NCBI GenBank assembly: GCA_963745235.1
Contig: CAVUXE010000023.1
Span: 1-20,824 of the forward strand
Length of the DNA: 20,824 nt
Source: an uncultured Spirochaetota bacterium
GTDB taxonomy: Bacteria; Spirochaetota; Spirochaetia; SZUA-6; Fen-1364
Direction: 5' to 3'
Shown here one piece after another: positions 1-11,439 of the stretch. The notes under the pieces are model-generated. The model saw only the letters and a list, made by a program, of their open reading frames with translations, ran no database searches and had not been told where the DNA came from. Each line of letters begins with the position of its first letter. Position 1 is the first letter of the stretch. The translations under genes and the position numbers were made by a program.

Positions 1-44
1 AGCGCCCGTTTTCGGGTGGCTTCCTAACTCCCTACAACGTAGGG
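1..44 (-). terminator. Candidate hairpins downstream of tRNA-Val (possible terminator)
   Basis: CCCTAC-AAC-GTAGGG (30-44) and GCCCG-TTTT-CGGGT (4-17) stem-loops lie just 3' of the minus-strand tRNA. Any U-tract on the minus strand would fall outside the window. Confidence 0.35.
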
Positions 45-51
45 CTTTGTT

Positions 52-123
52 TGGGCGATACTGGATTTGAACCAGTGACTTCTACCGTGTGAAGGTAGCA
101 CTCTCCCACTGAGTTAATCGCCC
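52..123 (-). tRNA. tRNA-Val (anticodon CAC), CCA not encoded
   Basis: Reverse complement GGGCGATTAACTCAGTGGGAGAGTGCTACCTTCACACGGTAGAAGTCACTGGTTCAAATCCAGTATCGCCCA folds as a cloverleaf: acceptor GGGCGAT/ATCGCCC, anticodon stem CTACC/GGTAG with loop TT-CAC-AC, T-loop TTCAAAT. Confidence 0.97.
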
Positions 124-160
124 TCAGAGGGACACTTGTCAGCTCCCTGGAATATGCGTA

Positions 161-190
161 CTTATACTTTGGCGGACCCAGAGATGTCAA
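161..190 (-). promoter_or_regulatory. Sigma70-type promoter for tRNA-Val
   Basis: Minus strand TTGACA (190-185), 18 bp spacer, TATAAG (166-161), about 40 nt upstream of the tRNA. Confidence 0.6.
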
Positions 191-412
191 GGCGCGCGTT
201 CCCCAGCCCGCGTCGTCAGCCGTCAACCGTCCGTATATTAAAATCAGAATATTCGGTGGAGGAAAGTAGACAAACGACGCGTATCGCCCAAGTCCCTTCA
301 TAGTGTCCATTGCCGCTCAACTGATTTTGGCATAAATAAATAGATGTGATTATGTCTCCCTCTCCGACTTGGTATCGATTTTGCATTGATGGGGGGAACG
401 GTGACTGGCATC

Positions 413-1050
413 ATGCAGGAGAACCAGGAGTTCGTTCGCCCAGTTGCGCGAACAAGAACCCAGAGTACATCCGCTTTCAAGGGTTCAGGTGAGGTAGTCA
501 GGAAGTCCCTTCACTTCCTGATCGCAGTCGTGCCCGTTCTCGCCTGTGTCAACCTGCCGGCAACGCTGGCCCTGCTCGCAACCGGGACTCTTTTCTACGC
601 CTTCGCGGAAAGCTCGCGTAGGCTGGGAAATCCGATCCTCGTTGTCAGCGATCTCACGATGATCGCCTCCCGGGACGGGACAAGGACGGATTCGTGCTCG
701 GCCCCGTGACCCTCGGGCTCGGAGCCATGATCTCCCTCCTTTTGTATCCTGAGCCGGCCGCTTCCATCGCCATCTATGCGCTTGCCTTCGGAGATGGCCT
801 GGCAGCCCTGGTCGGAAGAGCGGTTGGCGGACCGAAGATACCGTTCCTGAGGGGCAAGACATTCACGGGCAGCCTCGCCTGTTTTGCCGCCGTTTTTGTC
901 ATGGCTTACCACGTGAGCCGCCGGCCCGCGGAGTCCCTCATCATCGCTTCAGTCGCCACGGTCCTGGAAGGGATCCCCACCGGCAACTTCGACAACATCA
1001 TCATTCCATTTGGCGTCGGAATGGTGGCAACCAGGCTCCTGGTTCCCTGA
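413..1050 (+). CDS. SEC59/dolichol-phytol kinase (CTP_transf_1-like, often annotated phosphatidate cytidylyltransferase) membrane protein; split by a 1-nt deletion near 677
   Basis: ORFs 386..709 and 694..1050 join as ...SRD(x)DKDGFVLGPVTLGLG... if one base is added at ~677. Motifs RKSLH, LAFGDGLAALVG, KTFTGS and NFDNIIIP are typical of this family. The start could be 389, 401 or 413. Confidence 0.8.
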
Positions 1051-1863
1051 GGGACCTGAGGCATACAGTTGCGCCCGCGGCCAGGGCGAGAACTCCGCAT
1101 GCAAGCGGGATTGGCTGCACCATGAAGAACAGAAGCTCCCGAGCCGCCAGGAGAAGCGCGAGCCCCACGGCCAGCGCAAGGAACCTCCTGTCCCGCTTCA
1201 GGACCCATGCGCCAACCGCCGTCGCAGGGACCAGGGCAGCAATGACGAGGTTCACGAACCACACGCCCTGTTCATCCGCAAGCTTCCACGTGAGCTCAGA
1301 AAGAAAGGTGGTCCGGTCCAACGGAATACTCGCCGCGATGGCCAGCGCGACCACCAGAAATCCTCCCCCCAGCACGTAGACGTGGCGGTATTTCAGCCCG
1401 ATGCAATAGAGGCTGGAAAAGAGGAGCGCAAACAAACCCACGAACCTGCCCCAGTACACCGCGCGTGTCAACGCGATGGCTGCCTGGATCGAGTTGTCCG
1501 TTGCAAAAAGCACCGCGGTAGCTCCCCGGAGACACTCAATTCCAATCGTGAGAAAGAAGAGGAGGAGGTACGGAAGCACGGGCGTGCGATTGCTGCGGTA
1601 CCGCCGGCTGGAGCGAAGGGAGAAAACGAAGCCGACGGCCGTTGCAGCCGCCACGGCCCCAATCAACCACAAGGGCTGGGTCGCATCCTTCGGGCCGGGA
1701 TCATGGTAGATGAGCCACCATGGGTTCGACGGGAGCACGGAGAGCGCCCCGGCGAGGGCTGGTCGGCTGAGGAGAAACGCCAATGAGGCGCAAGCGATGA
1801 GGCCAAGGATGAGCGTGACAACGAGAGCGGCTCCGGGAGCCCGGCTTCCAAAGAGGTGCGCAC
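1001..1863 (-). CDS. Hypothetical multi-pass membrane protein; probable true start GTG at 1863 with a 1-nt deletion near 1850 (annotated ORF 1001..1783)
   Basis: Seven or more hydrophobic segments. The frame of ORF 1001..1783 extends upstream through another TM segment (GAALVVTLILGLIACASL). Adding one T to the T-run at 1850-1852 gives MRTSFGSRAPGAALVV..., and a promoter sits immediately upstream. Confidence 0.65.
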
Positions 1864-1871
1864 GGAGGTGG

Positions 1872-1901
1872 ATTGTAGGACGATATAGGCGAGAAGGTCA
1901 A
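1872..1901 (-). promoter_or_regulatory. Sigma70-type promoter, probably leaderless, for the membrane protein gene
   Basis: Minus strand TTGACC (1901-1896), 18 bp spacer, TACAAT (1877-1872), then 8 nt to GTG with no Shine-Dalgarno. Confidence 0.55.
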
Positions 1902-1921
1902 AAGCATTGTAGTCTTTTTCC

Positions 1922-2938
1922 ATGATCATGATCTTCAAGAAAGACGCTACTGAAGAGGAGATTCAGAGCGCTCTGCGCAAGATCGAGCATCTGGGCTACA
2001 CGCCGCACCTCAGCAGGGGAGCAGTCAAGACCATCTGCGGCGTCACCGGGGACGACCGAGCCCTGGATCAGTCCGAGTTCGACCAGATGCCCGGCGTGGA
2101 AAGCGTCCTGCGCGTCCTCAAACCATACAAGCTCGCTTCTCGCGAGTTTCATCCTGATCCCACCCGCATCAGCGTGGGTGGAGTCAGCATGGGCCCGGGA
2201 AGCTTTGCCGTCATTGCGGGGCCCTGCTCGGTGGAGACCGAGGGGCAGGTAGAGTCCTCGGCGGAGCTCCTGCACCGCTCAGGCCTCAGGCTCATGCGCG
2301 GCGGCGCTTTCAAACCCCGTTCATCGCCATACTCCTTCCAGGGGCTGGGCGAACAGGGCCTGCAGATCCTGAGCGCGGCAGCGAAACGCCACGGCCTCAC
2401 GGTGGTCACGGAGGTCCTCTCCGAATACGACGTGGAGCTGGTGAGCCGTTACGCAGGCGTGCTGCAGGTGGGGGCCCGCAACATGCAGAACTTCGCGCTC
2501 CTCAAGGCCCTGGGGGAAACCCGTACTCCCGTGCTTCTGAAAAGGAGCATGATGGGCACCATCGAAGAGCTGCTGCTCTCCGCCGAGTACATCATGAAGG
2601 GGGGGAACCCCCACGTCATCCTCTGCGAGCGGGGCATCCGTACCTTCGAGACGGAGACGCGAAACACCCTGGATATCGGCGCGGTCCCCGCCATCAAGCG
2701 CCTGAGCCACCTGCCAATCATCGTGGATCCCAGTCACGCCATGGGGAACTGGCACTACGTGCCCGCAGCTGCAATGGCGGCGCTGGCCGCGGGGGCGGAT
2801 GGCATCATCATCGAGATCCACCCCAACCCGTCGGAGGCTCGGTCGGACGGAAAGCAGAGCCTGAACTACCCGCACTTCGAGGACCTGCTCACCCGGCTGA
2901 AGGACCTGGCCCCGCACCTGGGAACGGCGGTCAACTAG
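1922..2938 (+). CDS. aroF: 3-deoxy-7-phosphoheptulonate (DAHP) synthase, type I-beta, with N-terminal ACT-like regulatory domain
   Basis: Motifs IAGPCSVE, RGGAFKPRSSPYSFQGLG, QVGARNMQNF, ERGIRTFE, DPSH, EIHPNP and SDGKQS, plus a ~65-aa N-terminal extension as in Thermotoga-type enzymes. Confidence 0.95.
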   Translation: MIMIFKKDATEEEIQSALRKIEHLGYTPHLSRGAVKTICGVTGDDRALDQSEFDQMPGVESVLRVLKPYKLASREFHPDPTRISVGGVSMGPGSFAVIAGPCSVETEGQVESSAELLHRSGLRLMRGGAFKPRSSPYSFQGLGEQGLQILSAAAKRHGLTVVTEVLSEYDVELVSRYAGVLQVGARNMQNFALLKALGETRTPVLLKRSMMGTIEELLLSAEYIMKGGNPHVILCERGIRTFETETRNTLDIGAVPAIKRLSHLPIIVDPSHAMGNWHYVPAAAMAALAAGADGIIIEIHPNPSEARSDGKQSLNYPHFEDLLTRLKDLAPHLGTAVN

Positions 2939-3002
2939 CGGGCTCTTTCAGATTCCTCTATAGAAAAGCGCGAACCGTACGATACTGTTTGTAGGAGCAT
3001 CT

Positions 3003-3689
3003 ATGGCAAAACGGCTCGCGTCAATCGGGGTCCTGATCCTCCTGGTGACGTTCGCCGCGTCCGCGGGCGACATCGCCCGGTTCATGAACCTCGGGTTCTC
3101 TCCGGACTCGCGGTATTTCATGTTCGGGCAGTTCGGAATCCAGGAAAAGACCTCCACTCCCTGGGCGGAGACGTACATCGTCGACGTAAAGGCCAACACC
3201 TTCGTAGCCCACGGAGTGCACAAGGTTTCCTCCTCCCAGCAGGTGGATCCGGGCAGCGATGGCATTGGCGCGCTGTTCGACGCCGTTGCCGACTCCCGCG
3301 CCCAGAAGCTGCAGTACAGGATTCAGCACATGGTGACGGGAAGGCTTCTCTACATCCTCGTGGACGGCGCCACGGCCCCTGACACGGTCGATTTCCGTGA
3401 CTTTCAGACCGGCCGAAACTACGAGATCACGATGTCGCAGACCCCCCCGTCGGGTGAAGCCGGTGCCTCCTTCGGTCTTGCCATCACCGTGACGGACAAG
3501 GATGGAGTGGTGCACACCAGCAAGGCAGGGGATCCCGCCCTGCGGCGGGCCGGGGTGAAGGCCTACCACGTCAAGGAAATCATTCTTGCCCCGGACAACG
3601 CGTCGCTCGTCTTCCTGATACAGAAAGAGCAGCACGACACCCGAGGGGACAACGTTCGCTACATGATCGAAACCGCCGGGATCAACTGA
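3003..3689 (+). CDS. DUF2259 family predicted secreted protein
   Basis: Signal peptide followed by GDIARFMNLGFSPDSRYFMFGQFG and a C-terminal RYMIET, as I recall for DUF2259. AGGAG RBS upstream. Confidence 0.8.
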   Translation: MAKRLASIGVLILLVTFAASAGDIARFMNLGFSPDSRYFMFGQFGIQEKTSTPWAETYIVDVKANTFVAHGVHKVSSSQQVDPGSDGIGALFDAVADSRAQKLQYRIQHMVTGRLLYILVDGATAPDTVDFRDFQTGRNYEITMSQTPPSGEAGASFGLAITVTDKDGVVHTSKAGDPALRRAGVKAYHVKEIILAPDNASLVFLIQKEQHDTRGDNVRYMIETAGIN

Positions 3690-3720
3690 TCCCGGAGAGC
3701 GCAGGAGAGCGCCTTCATCC

Positions 3721-6285
<2,565 letters not shown>

Positions 6286-6310
6286 GCGCAGACCGCTCGG
6301 CGGCGCAGTC

Positions 6311-7051
6311 CTATACTGTTCCCTTGACAGCCGCGGGGACGCCGCCCGGCTGGCTTGATGTCCGCAGGAAGCTTGCCAGGTCGAAGATCACGGGCTCCTC
6401 GATGAAAAAGCCTTCCGCATGGGAAACTCCCAGCAGGTTCCCGTAGGACTCCCTGAACCGACGCAGCCCGTCCAGCACTTTCCCGTCCCGCAGGCTCATC
6501 TGCGACTCGTGGCAGCGCGCAATTGCTTCCCATTCAGTCATGAAGGCGGAAACGTCGTTCAGGAGATTCGGCATGCGCGAACGCGGAACCATGTAATAGA
6601 TGAGATGGTCAGCGTTCCAGGGCTCGCCTTTCGCATCCTTGAGACCTGAGAACCGTGCGTAGCGCACCGCGGAGCGCACAATGGTCCCCGTTGCCGTGTG
6701 GTCGGGATGGGCACCCCCATCCTTGTGGTAGCTGGGATTGGTATGGTATGGCGCAAAGACGATCTTTGGCCTGAACTTGCGAACCACCTCCGCAAGGCGC
6801 AGGCGCGTTTCAAAGGTGTCGAAGATCCTGCAATCCTGGAAGGACAGGATCTCAAGCTCGCTGCCGAGCTTCTCCGCGGCCACCCGCATCTCCTGCTCGC
6901 GCTGCTCCGCCGTTCCAAAGGTCCCCGCCTCGCCCCTGGTCAGCACGCACACCGCAACGGAGGCGCCGCCGCGAACGAACTTCACCAGGCTTGCCCCCAT
7001 CCCGAACTCTGCATCATCGGGATGCGCTCCGAAAACCAGAATGTCCGCCAT
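6311..7051 (-). CDS. PIG-L/LmbE family N-acetyl sugar deacetylase (BshB1-like)
   Basis: MADILVFGAHPDDAEFGMG, LTRGEAGT.GT.E.R..E, HPDH, CHESQ and AEGF motifs. True start is the ATG at 7051. Confidence 0.9.
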   Translation of the reverse strand: MADILVFGAHPDDAEFGMGASLVKFVRGGASVAVCVLTRGEAGTFGTAEQREQEMRVAAEKLGSELEILSFQDCRIFDTFETRLRLAEVVRKFRPKIVFAPYHTNPSYHKDGGAHPDHTATGTIVRSAVRYARFSGLKDAKGEPWNADHLIYYMVPRSRMPNLLNDVSAFMTEWEAIARCHESQMSLRDGKVLDGLRRFRESYGNLLGVSHAEGFFIEEPVIFDLASFLRTSSQPGGVPAAVKGTV

Positions 7052-7058
7052 CAGGGAG

Positions 7059-7087
7059 AAGATACGCGCGTGCCGCAGGCGCGTCAA
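7059..7087 (-). promoter_or_regulatory. Leaderless sigma70-type promoter for the PIG-L deacetylase
   Basis: Minus strand TTGACG (7087-7082), 17 bp spacer, TATCTT (7064-7059), then 7 nt to ATG with no SD. Confidence 0.6.
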
Positions 7088-7133
7088 CAAAGGGCCGCGT
7101 TCGGCGCGCTCGGCGTGTCCGGGCGCTGGCGCC

Positions 7134-7163
7134 TTGACACCCGCCGTGAAGCCGGGGGATTCT
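7134..7163 (+). promoter_or_regulatory. Possible promoter of the cNMP-SpoIIE/purL/purQ operon
   Basis: TTGACA (7134-7139), 18 bp spacer, GATTCT (7158-7163). The -10 element is weak. Confidence 0.35.
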
Positions 7164-7175
7164 GGGCTGCGCGAG

Positions 7176-8461
7176 ATGGACTTACGGCCGCCTTCTGCCC
7201 TGACAAACAGCAAGCTTCTCTCTGGCCTCTCGGAAGAGCAGCTTGCCCTGCTGGTTCCACTCATGACCCCGCAGGAGTTCTCACACGGCGACGTGATTGT
7301 CCGCCAGTCCCTGCCGCCGGAGCGCGTCTACCTCCTCCTGGAGGGACGCGCCTCCGTGAAGAAGCGGATGCCTGACTCCGTGGAGGTGGAGCTCGCAGCG
7401 CTCTCCGCGGGTGATTTTTTCGGAGAGCTGGGGATCATCCGAGGCGCCCTCGAGCATTCGGCAAGCGTAGTCGCCGCGAGCGACGTGAAAGTACTCTCCC
7501 TCGGCAAGGATGATTTCAGCAGGCTTCTCGTCGACTATCCCCCATTGCCAGGAACATCCTTTCCAATATTGTCCTCCAACTCCAGGACATGAACCAGCGG
7601 TTCGTTTCCAGCCTCCGCGCGGAGACGCAGGAGCTGGAGCGCCAGGTCAGGGAGAGGACTCGGGAGCTTGAAGCGGTGGGGGAGAGGCTGCGCAGGGATC
7701 TCGTGCTTGCCCAGACCATCCAGCGAAATCTCCTTCCGGAGAAGACCAAGACCTTTCACGGAATCGTCGTCACTACGGACTATGTTCCCTGCGAGGAGCT
7801 GGGAGGGGATATCACCGGCGCGTTCTCTGTGGATGAGAACCATCTCGCGATATACGGAGGAGATGTCTGCGGCCACGGCATCTACGCTGCCCTGATCATG
7901 AGCTACGTGAAGAAGCTCATCGAGACCTCCGTGAAGCGGTTGCTCAGCGGCGGCCGCTACGTGGTCAAACCGCCGGGAGCGGTGCTCACCTCCATCAACC
8001 ACAGCTTCATGACGGAGATCAGCCAGGGAGACCCTGAGATCTACCTCACCCTCTTCCTTGGCGTGCTGGACACGCGGGACTTTTCCTTCGCGTACTCCTC
8101 CGCGGGGACCCACGTGTCTCCTCTTGTCGTTTCACCCGGGCGGGCCGCGGAGCTGTTCGACATCTCCGACTACCCCGTGGGGCACGTGCCGAACCATGAG
8201 TACGAAACGCGCAGGTACCAGTTCTCCCCCGGCGAAAGCTTCCTGTTCCTGAGTGACGGGGTTGTGGAGGCGTGGGGGGAATCCGGCTTCTTCGGCATGG
8301 ACCGGGTCAAGGAGGAGGGGCTTCGCGCAATGAAGGCGGACGGGCGGCCGGACGTGGAAGCCATTGTCGCATCCGTGCGCGCCTTCCTCGGCGACGCGCC
8401 GCCCCAGGACGACATGTGCCTCCTCGCCATGTCGTTCATGCCGGCCGGCGCGGGGCCCTGA
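7176..8461 (+). CDS. Cyclic nucleotide-binding domain + coiled coil + SpoIIE/PP2C (RsbU-like) protein phosphatase; split by a 1-nt deletion in the C run at 7539-7543
   Basis: N-terminal part: LLSGLSEEQL, GDVIVRQ, VYLLLEG, GDFFGELG. Adding one C gives DYPPIARNILSNIVLQLQDMNQR, in frame with ORF 7589..8461. That ORF has AQTIQRNLLP, GGD, DVCGHG, SDG and DD motifs. Confidence 0.85.
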
Positions 8462-11439
8462 TGGCCCCGCTGCGCCTGGAGGTCGTCACCCGACACGGGT
8501 TTGAAGACGGCAGGGCGCGTCGGCTTCTTCCCGCACTGCGCCGCGAGCACGACGGCATCCACGAGGTCCGGATTGCGGACGTGTACATCGTGCATGACGC
8601 GCCGTCCCTTGGCCGGGAGGACGCGCGGCAGGTGTTCTCCGACAGCGTTGCCCAGGAGGTGCGCGTGCCAGGGCCGCAAATGGACGGCCCCCAGGACTGG
8701 GACTTCCTTGTCGAGATCACCGTAAAGCCCGGTGTGACGGACCCTGTTGCTGCCACCGCCCTGCAGGCTTTGCGGACGTTCCTGCCATCCATTGTTCCCG
8801 CCCCGGCGCGCGTTCAGACCGCCACCCAATACCTGATCCGGGCGGACGCGTCTGCCGGCAAGCTCGACCCCGGCGCGCTTGCCTCCTTCTTTTTCAATCC
8901 GCTCATTCAGTCCGCTTTCGTTCTCACACGAGCTCAGTGGGAGGGAGGCTCCCGTCCTCCGTCCTCCTATCCGCAGGTGGTGGACGCGCCTTCTCCTGCG
9001 GTCAGCGTGGTAGACCTGGCTGCGCTTGGTGACGATGAGCTGCTCCAGTTGTCGCGAAGCCGGCTCCTTGCGCTGTCTCTCCCCGAGATGAAGGCAATCC
9101 AGCAGTACTATTCCCGGGACGACGTGACCGGCCCGCGTCAGGCGTGCGGCCTTCCCCCGGCCGCAACGGACGTTGAGCTGGAGATGATTGCCCAGACCTG
9201 GTCGGAGCACTGCAAGCACAAGATCTTCAACGCGACGATCCGCTATCGTGAAGCGGGTCGGGAGGAGGTCATCCGTTCTCTTTTCCGCACCTATATCAGG
9301 GCCACCACGGAGGCGCTGCGGAAGAGGAAGAGATTCCTGCGATCTGTCTTTCACGACAATTCGGGGGTGATCGCATTCGACCGGTCCACGCTGCTGTGCT
9401 TCAAGGTGGAGACCCACAATTCCCCGTCCGCGCTGGACCCCTACGGCGGGGCCATCACCGGCATCGTCGGGGTGAACCGCGACATCCTTGGCACGGGGAT
9501 GGGCGCGCGCCCCATCTTCAACACGGATGTCCTGTGCTTCGGCTATCCGCAGACTCCGGCTTCCCAGGTGCCGGCGGGCCTCATGCACCCAAGGCGGGTG
9601 ATGGACGGGGTCCACCGCGGAATCGTGGATGGCGGCAACCAGTCGGGTATCCCTGTCGTTGCCGGGGGTTTTCTCTTTGATGACAGCTTCCTCGGCAAGC
9701 CGCTTGTCTTCTGCGGCACCGGGGGGGTCCTTCCCGCCCGGGTCCGCGGCAGGCCGGGGTGGGTAAAGGGCGTGCGTCCGGGAGATCTCGCTGTCATGGT
9801 TGGCGGGAGGGTGGGCAAAGACGGGATCCACGGTGCCACCTTCTCATCAGAAGCCCTGAGTGAAAGCTCCCCGACCTCGGCTGTGCAGATCGGGGACCCC
9901 ATCACTCAGAAGAAGATGCTGGACATGATCCTGGAAGCGCGGGACCTCGGCCTCTACCGCGGAATCACGGACAACGGCGCCGGCGGGCTTTCCTCTTCCC
10001 TGGGGGAAATGGCAGCCGTCAGCGGCGGCGTGCGGATCCACCTGGACAAATGCCCGCTCAAGTACCAGGGGCTTGCACCGTGGGAGATCCTGGTCTCGGA
10101 ATCCCAGGAACGGATGAGCCTTGCAGTCCCGCCAGCGCGCGTGGCGCGGCTCCTTTCCCTTGCCGCCCGCAGGGACGTCGAGGCAACTGTTGTGGGGGAG
10201 TTCACCGGCACCGGTATGGTCGAAGTGACCGCAGGCGGAAAAACAGTTGGCCTGCTGGAGCTCCAGTTCCTGCACAGCGGCCTCCCCGTCATGGACCTGG
10301 AAGCCCAGTGGACGCCTTCACGTCCGCAAAGCGAAGATCTTCTGCCAGCCGCCGAGCTGCGGCCCCTCATGCTGGAGCTGCTTGCCGACCCGAACATCGC
10401 CTCCCGGGAGGAGTGGGTCCGGCAGTTCGATCACGAGGTCCAGGGACGGTCGGTGATCAAGCCGTTTGTCGGCAAGCGGCGCGATGCCCCCTCCGACGGG
10501 GGCGTGCTGCGGGTGCGGGCGGGCTCCGCGCGCGGCGTCACGGTGACGCACGGCATCTGCCCCTGGTACGGAGATGAAGACACCTACGAGATGGCCCGGT
10601 GCGCCGTGGATGAGGCGGTGCGCGCTCACGTGGCACTCGGGGGCGACCCGCGGCGGATGGTTGCGCTTGACAACTTCTGCTGGCCGGACCCGGTTGAAAG
10701 CCCTGAGACGCCGGACGGGCAGCGCAAGCTCGCGCAGCTGGTCCGCGCCTGCCGCGGCCTCGCGGATGCCTGCCTGGGGTACCAGCTGCCTCTCATCTCG
10801 GGCAAGGATTCGATGAAGAACGACGCGAAGGTGGCGGGGAGAAAGATCTCCATACGGCCCACGCTTCTTGTCTCACTGATGGGCATCATCCGCGACGTGC
10901 GGCGCGCGGTGACGACGGATTTCAAGGGCGCCGGAGACATCATCTATGTTGTCGGTGAGACCAGGGGAGAGCTCGGCGGAACGCGCTTCCAGAGGATCTC
11001 CGGGCGGAGGCTCGGAGCATTTCCGACCGTTGACGTGGAGAAGGCGCGGGCGAGCTACCATCGGCTGGCCGGCTCCATCAGGCGCGGGCTGGTCCGTTCC
11101 TGCCACGACCTTTCGGACGGCGGACTGTGGGTCTCTCTGGCGGAGAGCTGCTTTGGCGGGGATTGCGGCGCTCGCATATCCCTGGACGGCCTGGCTGTTT
11201 CCGCAGGCTGCTCCCGGGAGCCGGCCCGACTGCTGTTCTGCGAGACTCCATCCCGCCTTCTCGTGAGCGTCGCCCCTGAAGCGGACCCTGGATTTCGAAG
11301 GGCCATGAGAGGCACGGCCGTGTCGCGGATTGGAGAAGTGGCAACGGATGCCATAGTGCGCGTGCTGGCAAACGGCCGGGAGATCGCCGCGGTTGATCTG
11401 CGCGAGGCGCGGGCCGCATGGCGGGGAGCGCACGCGTGA
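8461..11439 (+). CDS. purL: Phosphoribosylformylglycinamidine synthase synthetase subunit with N-terminal PurS-like fusion
   Basis: QTWSEHCKHKIF, ETHNSPSALDPYGGAITG, DGIHGATFSS, VQIGDP, DNGAGG, SESQERM, ISGKDSM and HDLSDGGL motifs. N-terminal KPGVTDP is PurS-like. The start ATG overlaps the upstream TGA (TGATG). Confidence 0.95.
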   Translation: MAPLRLEVVTRHGFEDGRARRLLPALRREHDGIHEVRIADVYIVHDAPSLGREDARQVFSDSVAQEVRVPGPQMDGPQDWDFLVEITVKPGVTDPVAATALQALRTFLPSIVPAPARVQTATQYLIRADASAGKLDPGALASFFFNPLIQSAFVLTRAQWEGGSRPPSSYPQVVDAPSPAVSVVDLAALGDDELLQLSRSRLLALSLPEMKAIQQYYSRDDVTGPRQACGLPPAATDVELEMIAQTWSEHCKHKIFNATIRYREAGREEVIRSLFRTYIRATTEALRKRKRFLRSVFHDNSGVIAFDRSTLLCFKVETHNSPSALDPYGGAITGIVGVNRDILGTGMGARPIFNTDVLCFGYPQTPASQVPAGLMHPRRVMDGVHRGIVDGGNQSGIPVVAGGFLFDDSFLGKPLVFCGTGGVLPARVRGRPGWVKGVRPGDLAVMVGGRVGKDGIHGATFSSEALSESSPTSAVQIGDPITQKKMLDMILEARDLGLYRGITDNGAGGLSSSLGEMAAVSGGVRIHLDKCPLKYQGLAPWEILVSESQERMSLAVPPARVARLLSLAARRDVEATVVGEFTGTGMVEVTAGGKTVGLLELQFLHSGLPVMDLEAQWTPSRPQSEDLLPAAELRPLMLELLADPNIASREEWVRQFDHEVQGRSVIKPFVGKRRDAPSDGGVLRVRAGSARGVTVTHGICPWYGDEDTYEMARCAVDEAVRAHVALGGDPRRMVALDNFCWPDPVESPETPDGQRKLAQLVRACRGLADACLGYQLPLISGKDSMKNDAKVAGRKISIRPTLLVSLMGIIRDVRRAVTTDFKGAGDIIYVVGETRGELGGTRFQRISGRRLGAFPTVDVEKARASYHRLAGSIRRGLVRSCHDLSDGGLWVSLAESCFGGDCGARISLDGLAVSAGCSREPARLLFCETPSRLLVSVAPEADPGFRRAMRGTAVSRIGEVATDAIVRVLANGREIAAVDLREARAAWRGAHA

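Noticed and set aside
281-291. GTATCGCCCAA matches the tRNA-Val 3' end (possible att site)
   Set aside because: Only 11 bp, inverted relative to the tRNA, upstream of it, and no integrase is nearby.
32-480. Small minus-strand ORFs 32..310 and 298..480
   Set aside because: They overlap the tRNA and promoter DNA, with no coding bias or motifs.
7539-7543. C5 run as programmed frameshift or phase-variable tract splitting sensor from phosphatase
   Set aside because: The run is short, and similar 1-nt deletions occur at ~677, ~1850, ~13009 and ~13216, so sequencing error is more likely. Reads would settle it.
8272-8460. Longer N-terminal extensions from the ORF track (purL from 8272, deacetylase from 7264, cNMP ORF from 6738, proS from 3749)
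   Set aside because: They overlap neighbouring genes or promoter elements. Downstream starts fit family N-termini and stop/start coupling.
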